From Gammaproteobacteria bacterium (GTDB lineage: Bacteria; Pseudomonadota; Gammaproteobacteria; Pseudomonadales; JADFDG01), in assembly GCA_046566505.1 (NCBI GenBank), contig JBKHWN010000117.1:1-52332 (forward strand): a stretch of 52,332 nt of DNA, read 5' to 3'. The notes under the pieces were generated by a model, which worked only from the letters and a program-made list of their open reading frames with translations, searched no databases and was not told the DNA's origin. A program made the translations under genes and the position numbers. Positions 32,022 through 41,607 of the stretch are shown here, piece by piece (within the stretch, counting starts at the first letter, position 1; each line of letters starts with the position of its first letter).

Positions 32022-33692
32022 ATGTCGGGCACCTTCGACATCTGGCTGTTCGGTGCCGGCCTTGGCCTGTTCCTGCTGGGCATGGACCAGCTCGAACGTG
32101 GCGTGCATGCGCTGGCGGGCGATTCTTTCCGCGGGATGCTGCGTCGTGCCACGGGCCACCCGTTGCGGTCGATCTTCATCGGCCTGTTCGCCACCGGACT
32201 GTTGCAGAGCAGCTCGATCCTCGGGCTGATGGTGCTGGCGCTGGTCGGCGCATCCATTCTGCCGATGCGCAACGCGATCGGCGTCATCCTCGGTTCCAAT
32301 GTCGGCAGCACGCTGACCGGCTGGCTGGTGGCCGCCATCGGTTTCAAGCTCGACCTGGAAGCGATGTCGCTGCCGTTCATTGCGCTGGGAGCGCTCGGCG
32401 TGGTGTTTGCCGTCGCCGAAAGCCGCGTGCACAGCTGGTCATCGGTGCTGCTGGCGCTGGGCCTGCTGCTGCTGGGCATGCAGAACATGATCACCAGTGC
32501 CGACGCGTTCGCGCAGGGTTTCGATCCGGCCGCCCTCGCCGGCAAGCCGGTGCTGGTGTTCTTCGCCGCAGGCATCCTCATCACCGTGGTGGTGCGGACC
32601 AGCGCCGCGACCATCATGATCGCGTTGTCGGCGATGAATGCCGGCGTGCTGGACCTGCACCAGGCAGCGGCGGTTGCCATTGGTGCCGACCTGGGCACCA
32701 CCAGCACGATGATGATCGCGGCAGTGCGCGGCATCGCGGCGAAAAAGCAGATTGCCCTTTGTCATGTGCTGTTCAACACCATCACCGATGTGCTGGCGCT
32801 GTTCCTCCTGCTGCCGCACATCGACACGCTGGTGGGCTGGTACGGCATCGAGGATCCGCTGTTCGGGCTTACGGCATTCCACACCACCTTCAACGTGCTG
32901 GGCGTGCTGCTGTTCTACCCGTTCATCCCGCGGCTGGGGACGTTCCTCGAACGCCGCTTCCAGGGCGGCGAGGAAAGCGTGGCGCTGTTCCTGTCGAAAG
33001 TGCCGGCCAGCGAAAAGGCGGTCGCGTTCTCGGCGCTGGACGACGAATTGCGCGCGTTGTACCGCCGGGTGCTGGCGCTGAACCTGCGTGCGATGAAGCT
33101 GGAAGTGCCGGATGTGCTGGCGACTGTGGCGGCGGCAGGTTCGCCGTCGGAGCGGCTCGGCGAACTGTTTGGCGCAAGGCAGACTTTCAGTGAGGACTAC
33201 GAGTCCATCAAGCGGCTGGAAGGCGAGGTGCTGGACTTCGTCCGGCGACTGCAGTCCCAGAAACTGACCGACGACGAGTCACATCGCCTTTCGCTGTTGT
33301 TGATCAGCACTCGTGAGGCGGTTCAGGCGGCCAAGGCGATCAAGGACGTGCGCGGGAACCTGGTCGAATTCCGGCACTCGGGCAATGACTGGCTGCAGGA
33401 ATATGTTGCCGGATACAACGCGGCCGTACTCGACTTCTACCGTTCGCTGGCAGAACTGATGCTCAGGCCGCATCACGAGTTGCTGGTGACCGACATGCTT
33501 GAGCGGCTGTCCATGCAGGAAGCGGGCATGCACGAGGCGATGAAGCAGCGCACCTATACCGACGACCTGCGCAGCGGACTCAGCGATCTGGAGTTCTCGA
33601 CGGTGCTCAACGTGCTGCACGAGGTGCATACGGCCAACCGGGCCCTGCTGCGGGGCGCACGGGCACTGATGCTGGACGAGATCCCGGGCTGA
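32022..33692 (+). CDS. Na+/phosphate symporter family protein with PhoU-like C-terminal domain
   Basis: Duplicated Na_Pi_cotrans repeats (LLQSSSILGLMVLALV / VVRTSAATIMIALS) and a helical C-terminal half. Confidence 0.88.
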   Translation: MSGTFDIWLFGAGLGLFLLGMDQLERGVHALAGDSFRGMLRRATGHPLRSIFIGLFATGLLQSSSILGLMVLALVGASILPMRNAIGVILGSNVGSTLTGWLVAAIGFKLDLEAMSLPFIALGALGVVFAVAESRVHSWSSVLLALGLLLLGMQNMITSADAFAQGFDPAALAGKPVLVFFAAGILITVVVRTSAATIMIALSAMNAGVLDLHQAAAVAIGADLGTTSTMMIAAVRGIAAKKQIALCHVLFNTITDVLALFLLLPHIDTLVGWYGIEDPLFGLTAFHTTFNVLGVLLFYPFIPRLGTFLERRFQGGEESVALFLSKVPASEKAVAFSALDDELRALYRRVLALNLRAMKLEVPDVLATVAAAGSPSERLGELFGARQTFSEDYESIKRLEGEVLDFVRRLQSQKLTDDESHRLSLLLISTREAVQAAKAIKDVRGNLVEFRHSGNDWLQEYVAGYNAAVLDFYRSLAELMLRPHHELLVTDMLERLSMQEAGMHEAMKQRTYTDDLRSGLSDLEFSTVLNVLHEVHTANRALLRGARALMLDEIPG

Positions 33693-33795
33693 CCGGTTGC
33701 CGGTACCATCGGCCGTCCGCCGGGCGGCAGGTGCGGCAGCGCGCCGACCCGGGGTATCGTTGCCCGCCTGTCAGGAATGCTCGAAAGGGAACTCG

Positions 33796-35691
33796 ATGCT
33801 CCATCTCGCTCGGCTGCTGTTGATCTCTGTCTCGCTGTTCGTCGGCGCCCTGGCGACCGGCGCGCCGGTGGATACCGGCCCGCAGCGCCTGCTCCTCTCT
33901 CCGCATGTGCAGTGGTTGCCTGAACCCGGTGTCGCCACGCTGGAGGATGCGCTGGTGCGGCGGGATGGGTTCATCGACATCGTCGACGACGCCAACTTGG
34001 GCCGCATGCCCGGCCGCTGGTGGTTCCGGGTCGCGTTGCGCAATCCGTCGTCCACTGCACAGGACTGGCTGCTGGTCATCCCGTTCGGGCACCTGGAGAC
34101 GGTCGATTTTCACCAGTTGCGTGCCGGCGGTGAGGTCGCCCGCATCCAGACGGGAACAACCCGTCCGTTCAGTTCACGGCCGGTGCCGGTTGAAGACTTC
34201 GTTTTCCCCTTGCACCTGGCGGCGGGCGAGACATCTGCGGTCTATCTGCAGGTCGAGGGACGTGTTGCCCTGAACGTGCCGCTCCTGCTGTTCAGCCCGA
34301 CGGCCTTCGCCGAGGAAGCAGCACAGGAATCCTGGTGGCACGGCCTGTTCTACGGGCTGATTGCCGGCCTGCTGGCCTACAACCTTTCGCTCTGGCTGAC
34401 CACCCGCGACCCGGCCTTCCTCTACTTCATCGGGACCGGCGTTACCGCCCTCGGTTTCTTCGCCGGCTATGACGGACTGTTCCGTCCCTTGTTGCCGGAT
34501 GCCGTCTGGTTCAACCAGATACTGATGTTCGTGGCCGGTGCGCTGTCCGTGGGCATGACGCTGCAGTTCACCCGGCATTTTCTCGACACGCCCCGCATCC
34601 TGCCGGAGCACGACGGGAAACTCCGCGCGGTCGCCATCTCGGCCGTGCCGCTGGCGCTGCTGGTGCCGTTCATTCCGCTGGATGTGACGATGGCGCTGGT
34701 GCTGGCCGCCAGCCTGCTGATGGCCTTGCTGATGCTGCTGGCCGGGTACACCGCATGGCGTGCCGGTGAACCGCTTTCGCGCCTGTTCATGACGGTGATC
34801 TCCATCCACTTCTCGGTGCTGCTGTTGCTGGGCCTGGGCGCCTCCGGGCTGGTGGAAGGGCTCTTTGCCCTGTCCACGCTGATACACCACGTGTCGTTGG
34901 CGGTGATCCTGAGTCTGTTCTCGATGGCGCTGGGCGAGCGGGTCAAGGCGACGGCGCGTGCGCGCCGGGTGGCAGAGGCCGAGGTGCTGCAGAGCCGCGC
35001 CGATGCCCGTGCCCGCAACGAGTTCCTCGCCAAGATGAGCCATGAACTGCGCACGCCGATGACCGGTGTCCTTGGCATGGCGGAACTGCTGGAGCACACG
35101 GAGCTGCAGCCGCAGCAGCGCCGCTACCTGTCGACGCTGCGCTATTCCGGCGAAATGCTGCTCAACCTGATCAACGACGTGCTCGACCACGCGCGCATCG
35201 AGGCCGGTCGCCTGCAGATCCGGCGCGAGGCGTTCGACCTGCTGCGGCTGGTCGATGACTGCCGGCTGCTGTTCGAGCAGCAGCCGCGTGAAAACAAGGT
35301 TGTGTTGCACATCGACATCGCCAGCGGCGTGCCGCGCATCGTCGTGGGCGATGCCCAGCGGATCCGGCAGATTCTGGTCAACCTGTTGTCGAATGCCTTC
35401 AAGTTCACCTCGGCCGGCTCGGTCACGCTGCACATTGCTCCGCTGCCGTCGGGTTGGTTGCGCTTCGAGGTCCGTGACACCGGGGCCGGCATCGAGCCGG
35501 CGGATCGCGAGCGGTTGTTCAGGTTGTTTTCGCAGGCGACGGAAGGGCGTTCCGTGAAGGGCGGCTCCGGGTTGGGGCTGGCCATTTGCCGCCAGTTGAG
35601 CGAGTTGATGGGCGGGCGCATCGGTGTTGAGAGCGTGCCGGGGGAGGGTTCGGTTTTCCGGGTCGAGTTGCCGCTGCACGCGGCGGGGTAG
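33796..35691 (+). CDS. Sensor histidine kinase, 7TMR-DISM type
   Basis: Signal peptide, periplasmic beta-rich domain, seven TM helices, H-box FLAKMSHELRTPMTGVLG, N/G boxes (LLSNAFKFT, DTGAGI, GSGLGLAIC). No receiver domain. Confidence 0.9.
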   Translation: MLHLARLLLISVSLFVGALATGAPVDTGPQRLLLSPHVQWLPEPGVATLEDALVRRDGFIDIVDDANLGRMPGRWWFRVALRNPSSTAQDWLLVIPFGHLETVDFHQLRAGGEVARIQTGTTRPFSSRPVPVEDFVFPLHLAAGETSAVYLQVEGRVALNVPLLLFSPTAFAEEAAQESWWHGLFYGLIAGLLAYNLSLWLTTRDPAFLYFIGTGVTALGFFAGYDGLFRPLLPDAVWFNQILMFVAGALSVGMTLQFTRHFLDTPRILPEHDGKLRAVAISAVPLALLVPFIPLDVTMALVLAASLLMALLMLLAGYTAWRAGEPLSRLFMTVISIHFSVLLLLGLGASGLVEGLFALSTLIHHVSLAVILSLFSMALGERVKATARARRVAEAEVLQSRADARARNEFLAKMSHELRTPMTGVLGMAELLEHTELQPQQRRYLSTLRYSGEMLLNLINDVLDHARIEAGRLQIRREAFDLLRLVDDCRLLFEQQPRENKVVLHIDIASGVPRIVVGDAQRIRQILVNLLSNAFKFTSAGSVTLHIAPLPSGWLRFEVRDTGAGIEPADRERLFRLFSQATEGRSVKGGSGLGLAICRQLSELMGGRIGVESVPGEGSVFRVELPLHAAG

Positions 35692-35697
35692 GGGGCG

Positions 35698-36057
35698 ATG
35701 GAATTGCCGGGACAGGGAGTCTCATTCACCGAACAGGTTGCGCGGCATCTGGAGGCCCGGCTGGGCGAGGCTCCCATCGGGGTCGAGGACATTGCCGGCC
35801 TGTTCAACATGACCGGCCGCACGCTGCAGCGGCGCCTGCAGCGGGAGCAGGCGAGTTTCGGCGAGTTGCGGGAGAGCCTGCGCCGCCGCGTGGCTCGGCA
35901 CCTGCTGGCCGATCCGGCAGTGGACATGAGCGAGGTTGCCCGGCGGCTGGGGTTCTCGGACACCGCGAACTTCTACCACGCCTTCCGCCGCTGGGAGGCG
36001 CGCACCCCTGGTGCCTGCCGGCGTGAACTGGCCGGGGCCCGGCAGGGCGATGCGTGA
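35698..36057 (+). CDS. Stand-alone AraC-type HTH domain protein
   Basis: 119 aa containing only the tandem HTH_18 region (IAGLFNMTGRTLQRRL..VARRLGFSDTANFYHAFRRW). Starts 7 nt after the kinase stop. Confidence 0.75.
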   Translation: MELPGQGVSFTEQVARHLEARLGEAPIGVEDIAGLFNMTGRTLQRRLQREQASFGELRESLRRRVARHLLADPAVDMSEVARRLGFSDTANFYHAFRRWEARTPGACRRELAGARQGDA

Positions 36058-36160
36058 ACGACGGCGATCGGTGGCCGGGCTGCTGGTTGGCCCCTATACT
36101 CCAGCCTAGTTAATTTTTCGCAGTGCCCGTTCACGGGCTCATCCGGAAGGCTGTTCACGC

Positions 36161-37858
36161 ATGCAATTACCTGGCTACAAGATCCTGCGCGAACTGGGGC
36201 GCGGGGGGATGGCGACGGTCTACCTCGCCGAGCAGGAAAAGTTCGAGCGTCAGGTCGCGCTCAAGGTGATGTCCCCCTCGCTGGGCGCAGACCCCGGCTT
36301 CAAGGAGCGCTTCATCCGGGAAGCCAAGCTGGTGGCGCGTCTTTCGCACCCGAACATCGTCGCGGTGTACGACGTCGGCGAGAGCGACGGCCAGGTTTAC
36401 ATGGCCATGGAGTACCACACCGGCGGCGACCTGAAGGCGAAGATCCAGGAAGGACTCACGCCGCTCGATGCGGCACGCGTGATCTGCGAGATTGCCCGCG
36501 CACTGGAGTTCGCGCACTCGAAGGGCGTCATCCACCGCGACATCAAACCCGACAACATCCTGTTCCGCAGCGACGGCAGTGCGGTACTGACGGACTTCGG
36601 CATCGCCAAGCAGGGTGATGCCAACACCCAGTTCACGCAGATGGGCATGGTGGCGGGCACACCGAAATACATGAGCCCCGAGCAGGCGCGCGGACAGGCG
36701 TTGCATCCGGAAAGTGACCTGTACAGCCTGGGTATCGTGTTCTATGAGGCGCTGACCGGTACCGTCCCTTTTCAGGCCGAGGATTCCATCGCGCTGGCGA
36801 TCAAGCACATCAAGGAGCCGCCACCGCCGCTGCCATCGCCGCTGAAGAAATTCCAGCCTTTCCTGAACCGCCTGCTGGCAAAGGAGCCGGCGAACCGTTT
36901 CCACCGCGGAGGGGAGGTGGCGCAGACGCTGGAGCAGATCATGGCCAGCGGCGCCATGCGCAACCTGCGTGCCCATCCGCCGGCGGCGCAGGAGGCGACG
37001 CAGATGCGCCCGGCACTGTCATCGGCGCAGATACGGGCAGCAGGCGAGCAGGGGAGTCCGGCGCGTACCGGCATCGCCGCGGTCGTCTTGTTGCTGGTCG
37101 CTGCGGGCGGCGGAGCCGGCTGGTATTTCACGATGGGGCCGGGGGCCGCGCTGCTGGAGCCGGAAGTCGTACCGCTGCCGGTCGTGGTGGAAGCGGCACC
37201 CGAACCGGAGCCGGAACCGGAACCCGTGCCGGAGCCTGAACCCGAACCTGAGCCGGAGGTCGTGGTGGAAGAGCCACCGGCACCTCCGGCCCCGCCGCCC
37301 ACGCCGGCTGTCGATGTGAAGGCGCTGCTGGCGAAGGCCTCGTCGGCGCTGGCAGCCGATCGCCTGGACAGCCCGCCGGGCAACAACGCCGTCGATTTCT
37401 ATCGACTGGCCCTCGCGTCGGACGCGAAAAACAAGGTGGCACAGGACGGGTTGCGTCGTGTTGCCGACCGCTATGTGCAGTTGATCGACGTGGCCCTGGC
37501 CAAGGGTGCCATCGCGCAGGCGACGGACTACCTCAGGTCAGCCGAGCGGATCGTGCCGGGATACCCGCCACTCGCCGACGCGGCGACCCGCATCGTCAGC
37601 GCGGAGACCGCAGCGCAGGCTGCCGCTGCCGCGCCCGCAGTTGTCGAGGACGATCTTGGCGCATCTGCGGATGCTGCCCTGGCCCGCAACCGCCTGCGTG
37701 CCGGCGGACTGGCCAGTCGTGGCCACACGCTGCTCAGGCAGAGCGACTACGCGGCCGCAAAGGAGCAATTCGAGCAAGCGCTGGCACTGGATCCGAGCAA
37801 TGCCGCCGCCCGCGACGGCATGGCGCGCCTCGGGCAGCTTGGCGTAGGCAACCTCTGA
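36161..37858 (+). CDS. Ser/Thr protein kinase (Hanks type) with TM segment, PE-repeat linker and TPR-like C-terminal domain
   Basis: GRGGMATVY..VALKV, HRDIKPDNIL, DFGIA, GTPKYMSPE. TM GIAAVVLLLVAAGGGAGWYF. Linker APEPEPEPEPVPEPEPEPEPE. Confidence 0.9.
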   Translation: MQLPGYKILRELGRGGMATVYLAEQEKFERQVALKVMSPSLGADPGFKERFIREAKLVARLSHPNIVAVYDVGESDGQVYMAMEYHTGGDLKAKIQEGLTPLDAARVICEIARALEFAHSKGVIHRDIKPDNILFRSDGSAVLTDFGIAKQGDANTQFTQMGMVAGTPKYMSPEQARGQALHPESDLYSLGIVFYEALTGTVPFQAEDSIALAIKHIKEPPPPLPSPLKKFQPFLNRLLAKEPANRFHRGGEVAQTLEQIMASGAMRNLRAHPPAAQEATQMRPALSSAQIRAAGEQGSPARTGIAAVVLLLVAAGGGAGWYFTMGPGAALLEPEVVPLPVVVEAAPEPEPEPEPVPEPEPEPEPEVVVEEPPAPPAPPPTPAVDVKALLAKASSALAADRLDSPPGNNAVDFYRLALASDAKNKVAQDGLRRVADRYVQLIDVALAKGAIAQATDYLRSAERIVPGYPPLADAATRIVSAETAAQAAAAAPAVVEDDLGASADAALARNRLRAGGLASRGHTLLRQSDYAAAKEQFEQALALDPSNAAARDGMARLGQLGVGNL

Positions 37859-37894
37859 CTCGACGATGTGACTCGACGATGTCGCCGCCCGCAG

Positions 37895-39784
37895 TCAGCG
37901 GGCGAAGCCCGTGGCAGAAGCGTAGCGCTTGAGTTCAACGAGATGGGCCGACGCATCCTGTTGCTTGCGACGGGCCACGGCAACTGCGGACGCGTACCGC
38001 TCGGCCGCCTCGATCGTGTTGCCGTTGGCGCCAGCCATGCGTCCTTCCTCGGCGTAGCGAGCTTCCAGGTTGCCCAGTTGTTGCGCCAGGCGCTTGCCGA
38101 TTTCCGCTGATGCCTCGTTGGTCAGCTGGCTGAGTATCTCGATGTCGGCAGGCAGCGCCGCCGCGCGTGCGGGCAGCACGAACTGGCCGAGCTCGACACC
38201 TTCGTTTCCTTCGTCGGCCATCTCGCGCTTGATCGTCAGCGAATCGGTGAAAACGACCTTGCCGCTGGCCGCATCAACAACCCGGAATGCCACCGAGAAA
38301 TGGCCCACCTTGCGCAACTGCGTGACCGTGTAGGAAATGTCCTCCTGGCGATCCACGGGGAGCTGGGCCGGTGGTTGCGGTACGCGCTGGCGGTCCCGCT
38401 CGGCAAGTTTCAGCCATTCGTCATACTTCGGGTTGCGCGTCATCACGCCCTTCTGGGTCACGACGCGCATGGTCTTGCGAACCTGTTTGTCGTCGGTTTC
38501 GACGCGCGCTTCGTCGATGTTGCCGCTGACGATGTAGTTCAGCGGGGCGCTGGTGTTGTCGGACGCGATGATGCGCAGGTCCTCGGGAATCTGCTGGAAC
38601 AGGTGTTCGGTGATGCGGGTGGCAATCGTGCCCGAGTAGTCGGCAATGCCTGCGGCGCTGCCGAAGACGGCAATGCGTGCGCTGCGGATTGCCGCGCGAT
38701 TGACTTCATCCTCGGCCGCGCGGATATCACGGGCGAGCGTGGGGAACGCCGGGTCAAAATCCTGGACGACGTAGACGTGGCCGAGCGCCACGCCCCAGAG
38801 GTTTTCCTTCTTCGCATTGTCATGGCCGCGCTGCATCCGCGTGACAAAGGGCTTTTCCTCGGGCACGGCTTCCGTCCGGCCATCCAGCCGCTTGCGCACG
38901 TCGCGGGCCTGGGTGAACCAGCGCCAGGCGTCGCCCATGTTGCCGGCAGCGACCGCATTGGCGCCCAGCGCCACGAAATAATTGGCCATGTCCGTGCCGG
39001 TGGGGCCGATGCGCTCCTTCACGTCATTGAAGTACGGCGACTCGGCCAGGGTCAGGAACAGGCGATAGGCCTCGTCCGGGCGGTCATCGGCGAGTGATTC
39101 GTTGAATCGCCGCTCGAACAGTCGGGTCTGCAGGTCGACGCGGGTCAGTTCGGTATTGGCATCGGGGGGAAGTTCGTCCAGCAGCTTGAGCGCCGTGTCG
39201 AAATTGTCCGTGGCAAAGGCTTCGTCATATTGCGCGCGCAGCCGCGCGAGCATCGTGTCGCGGCGATCACCGTAACGGGTGTCGCCGGTCAGTTGCTCCA
39301 GTTCCGTCAGCACGGCGCGCTGCTTGAGCTGGGCTGTCTCCGGCAGGGCCACCAGCCGTTGCCCGGCTTCATGCACGGCCTTGTCGGTGATGGCCGATTC
39401 GCGTGCGATGTCGCGGGTCAGGATGTCGTGGCGCGCGGGATCCCACACGCGCATGGGTTCTGCCGCAGTGCGTGCCTCGCCCAGGACATTGAGCGGGGCA
39501 ATCCCGCTGAGCAGGCGCGACTGCTCGATCTGCCCGCGCAGGCGTTCGTCGAGATCGGCGGACAGCTTGCGGCCGATGGCGTCCAGTTGCGCGAAGAGCG
39601 GCGCGTCCTTTGCCCTGTTGCGATCCTTGCCGACGAGGCCGGCCTTGGCCTGGTTGTACAGCGAGGAGAGCGTACCGGTGCGCTCGGCCTGGGCGACCTG
39701 CTCGGGTGTGACCAGGGGCTTGGGCGGCGAACAGGCAGCGAGTGCGGCGATGGAAAGAACGAGCAGGAGGTGGCGCAGGCGCAT
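37895..39784 (-). CDS. Large lipoprotein of unknown function
   Basis: Start at MRLRHLLLVLSIAALAAC (lipobox). 629 aa. Helical N-terminal half. C-terminal half has IAVFGSAAGIADYSG.., resembling CsgG/LpoB-like periplasmic lipoprotein folds (weak, by eye). Confidence 0.65.
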   Translation of the reverse strand: MRLRHLLLVLSIAALAACSPPKPLVTPEQVAQAERTGTLSSLYNQAKAGLVGKDRNRAKDAPLFAQLDAIGRKLSADLDERLRGQIEQSRLLSGIAPLNVLGEARTAAEPMRVWDPARHDILTRDIARESAITDKAVHEAGQRLVALPETAQLKQRAVLTELEQLTGDTRYGDRRDTMLARLRAQYDEAFATDNFDTALKLLDELPPDANTELTRVDLQTRLFERRFNESLADDRPDEAYRLFLTLAESPYFNDVKERIGPTGTDMANYFVALGANAVAAGNMGDAWRWFTQARDVRKRLDGRTEAVPEEKPFVTRMQRGHDNAKKENLWGVALGHVYVVQDFDPAFPTLARDIRAAEDEVNRAAIRSARIAVFGSAAGIADYSGTIATRITEHLFQQIPEDLRIIASDNTSAPLNYIVSGNIDEARVETDDKQVRKTMRVVTQKGVMTRNPKYDEWLKLAERDRQRVPQPPAQLPVDRQEDISYTVTQLRKVGHFSVAFRVVDAASGKVVFTDSLTIKREMADEGNEGVELGQFVLPARAAALPADIEILSQLTNEASAEIGKRLAQQLGNLEARYAEEGRMAGANGNTIEAAERYASAVAVARRKQQDASAHLVELKRYASATGFAR

Positions 39785-39849
39785 GGTATTGCTCCGGGTG
39801 TTCCGGTTCGGGCGGGTGAAGGGCCGAAGTGTACAGGGTCGCCGAGAGC

Positions 39850-40233
39850 TCATGACATCCGCATCGGCGGCTCCGGCATGCCGCGCCCCCAGCGCGCGCC
39901 GAGCAGGGCGGCAGTGAAGGCCGCGCTGATCACGACGATCTCCAGCATGCCCAGCCAGCGCACGGGCGGTGGGGACATGGCATCAATGACGGCCGCCAGA
40001 AAGTAGGCGCAGAGCACGAAGCACAGCCAGACGGCGGCACGGGTGCTCCCGCGCACCAGCGGCGGCAGCAGCACTAGCAGCGGCCCGCACTTCACCAGGG
40101 TCCACAGCACCCCGGCATAAAGCGCAGCCTCCGGTGGCGCCTTGCGCAGCGTCCAGACGGTGATCAGCAGGATCTCGGCCAGCGTTGCGGCGGTGGCGAT
40201 GCGCAGAGCGGTGATGTATCGCAGACGGGTCAT
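39850..40233 (-). CDS. DUF2069-like small membrane protein
   Basis: Four hydrophobic segments. The pattern GPLLVLLPPLVRGSTRAAVWLCFVLCAYF resembles DUF2069. Start ambiguous (ATG 40233 or GTG 40248). Confidence 0.55.
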   Translation of the reverse strand: MTRLRYITALRIATAATLAEILLITVWTLRKAPPEAALYAGVLWTLVKCGPLLVLLPPLVRGSTRAAVWLCFVLCAYFLAAVIDAMSPPPVRWLGMLEIVVISAAFTAALLGARWGRGMPEPPMRMS

Positions 40234-40362
40234 GTGCGGACAGGTCACTTGAAGGTATCGGGTTATTATCGGGCGCTCGCCGGTGGCCGCATCAAGGCAC
40301 CACGGTTGCCGGCACCGTGACGGCCGGGATTGTGGCGCCCCAGCCCCTCAAAAGGAATGTCG

Positions 40363-41607
40363 ATGGCAGTTTCAGCCGATATCCGGCGCACATGGCGATT
40401 TCTGGTCTCGCTGGTGCGCGAATACGAAGAAACGGGCTGTGACGACAGCGCCGCGAAGTTGACCTATACCACCCTGTTCGCCGTGGTCCCGACACTGACA
40501 GTCGCCTGGGCCATCGTGCGGGCGCTGCCGCAACTGGGTGATATCGGCATCGATCTTGACCGCCTGCTGTTCAGCAACCTGGTGCCGGCGACCGGTGACC
40601 AGGTGCGCGAGTACATCAGCGCCTTCGCCGAGCAGGCGGCCAACCTGACCGGGATCGGCGTCGCGTTCCTCGCGGTGACCGCCGTGATGATGCTGCTGAC
40701 CATCGAGCGTCGCATCAACGCGGTCTGGCGACTGCATCGCGAGCGCAGCCTCGTGTCCAGCCTGCTCGTGTACTGGGCATTGCTGACACTCGGCCCGGTA
40801 TTGCTCGGCGCGGGCATCGGCGCCAGTTCCTACCTGCTCTCGACCGAACTCTGGGGCGAAGACGTGCAGCGGCGGACGGCGGTCGTCGTGCTGCTGGGCG
40901 CCGTCCCGTTCCTGGTCGAGGTCATCTTTTTCTCGCTGTTGTACATCGTTGTGCCCCACTGCAGCGTACCGATCCGCGATGGCGTCATCGGCGGGATTAT
41001 CGCGGCGCTGCTGTTTGAAATCGCCAAGGCGGGCTTTACCTTTTTCGTCACCCGCTTCAACAGTTACGAACTCGTCTATGGCGCGTTTGCCGCGGTGCCG
41101 TTGTTCCTGTTGTGGATCTACATTTCCTGGTCGATCACCCTGTTCGGTGTCGTGCTGGTCTACACGCTGTCGAACCACGACGACGAAGTCGTCCGCCGCG
41201 GCACGGCGTTCCCGGCGCTGCTCAAGGTGCTGGGGCTGTTCCACCAGCGACAGCGTGAAGGCCGCCCGGTCGCCGACGCCGAGGCCCGGCGCCTCGCGCG
41301 GGCCTCGGGCATCGGTAACTGGCACGACTGGCGGGAAACGCTGCTGCGCCGGCGGCTGGTGGAGCGGTTGGCCAATGGTGAACTGGTGCTGGTGCGTGAC
41401 CTGCACGCGGTCACGCTTGCCGATCTGGTGCGGTTGCTGTCCTGGCCGCAGATTGAGCGTGCCAATGATGGCGGGCAGGAGCCGGATGCGTTCGCGCAGG
41501 CGCTTGCCCAGACCCTCACCGACGCGCTGGCTGTCTTTGACGCCAGGCTCGGGGACTCGGTGGCTTCCGTACTCGAATCACCCCTCGCGCAGGAAATTGC
41601 CACATGA
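40363..41607 (+). CDS. YihY/BrkB-family membrane protein
   Basis: AAKLTYTTLFAVVPTL..ERRINAVW..WALLTLGP..YGAFAAVPLFLLWIYISW motifs. AAGGA lies 6 nt upstream of ATG 40363. Confidence 0.85.
   Translation: MAVSADIRRTWRFLVSLVREYEETGCDDSAAKLTYTTLFAVVPTLTVAWAIVRALPQLGDIGIDLDRLLFSNLVPATGDQVREYISAFAEQAANLTGIGVAFLAVTAVMMLLTIERRINAVWRLHRERSLVSSLLVYWALLTLGPVLLGAGIGASSYLLSTELWGEDVQRRTAVVVLLGAVPFLVEVIFFSLLYIVVPHCSVPIRDGVIGGIIAALLFEIAKAGFTFFVTRFNSYELVYGAFAAVPLFLLWIYISWSITLFGVVLVYTLSNHDDEVVRRGTAFPALLKVLGLFHQRQREGRPVADAEARRLARASGIGNWHDWRETLLRRRLVERLANGELVLVRDLHAVTLADLVRLLSWPQIERANDGGQEPDAFAQALAQTLTDALAVFDARLGDSVASVLESPLAQEIAT

Noticed and set aside
37196-37258. Short-period nucleotide repeat that could be mistaken for a tandem-repeat or CRISPR-like array
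   Set aside because: It lies in frame inside the Ser/Thr kinase CDS and encodes the (EP)n linker. There are no spacers and no repeat-spacer periodicity.
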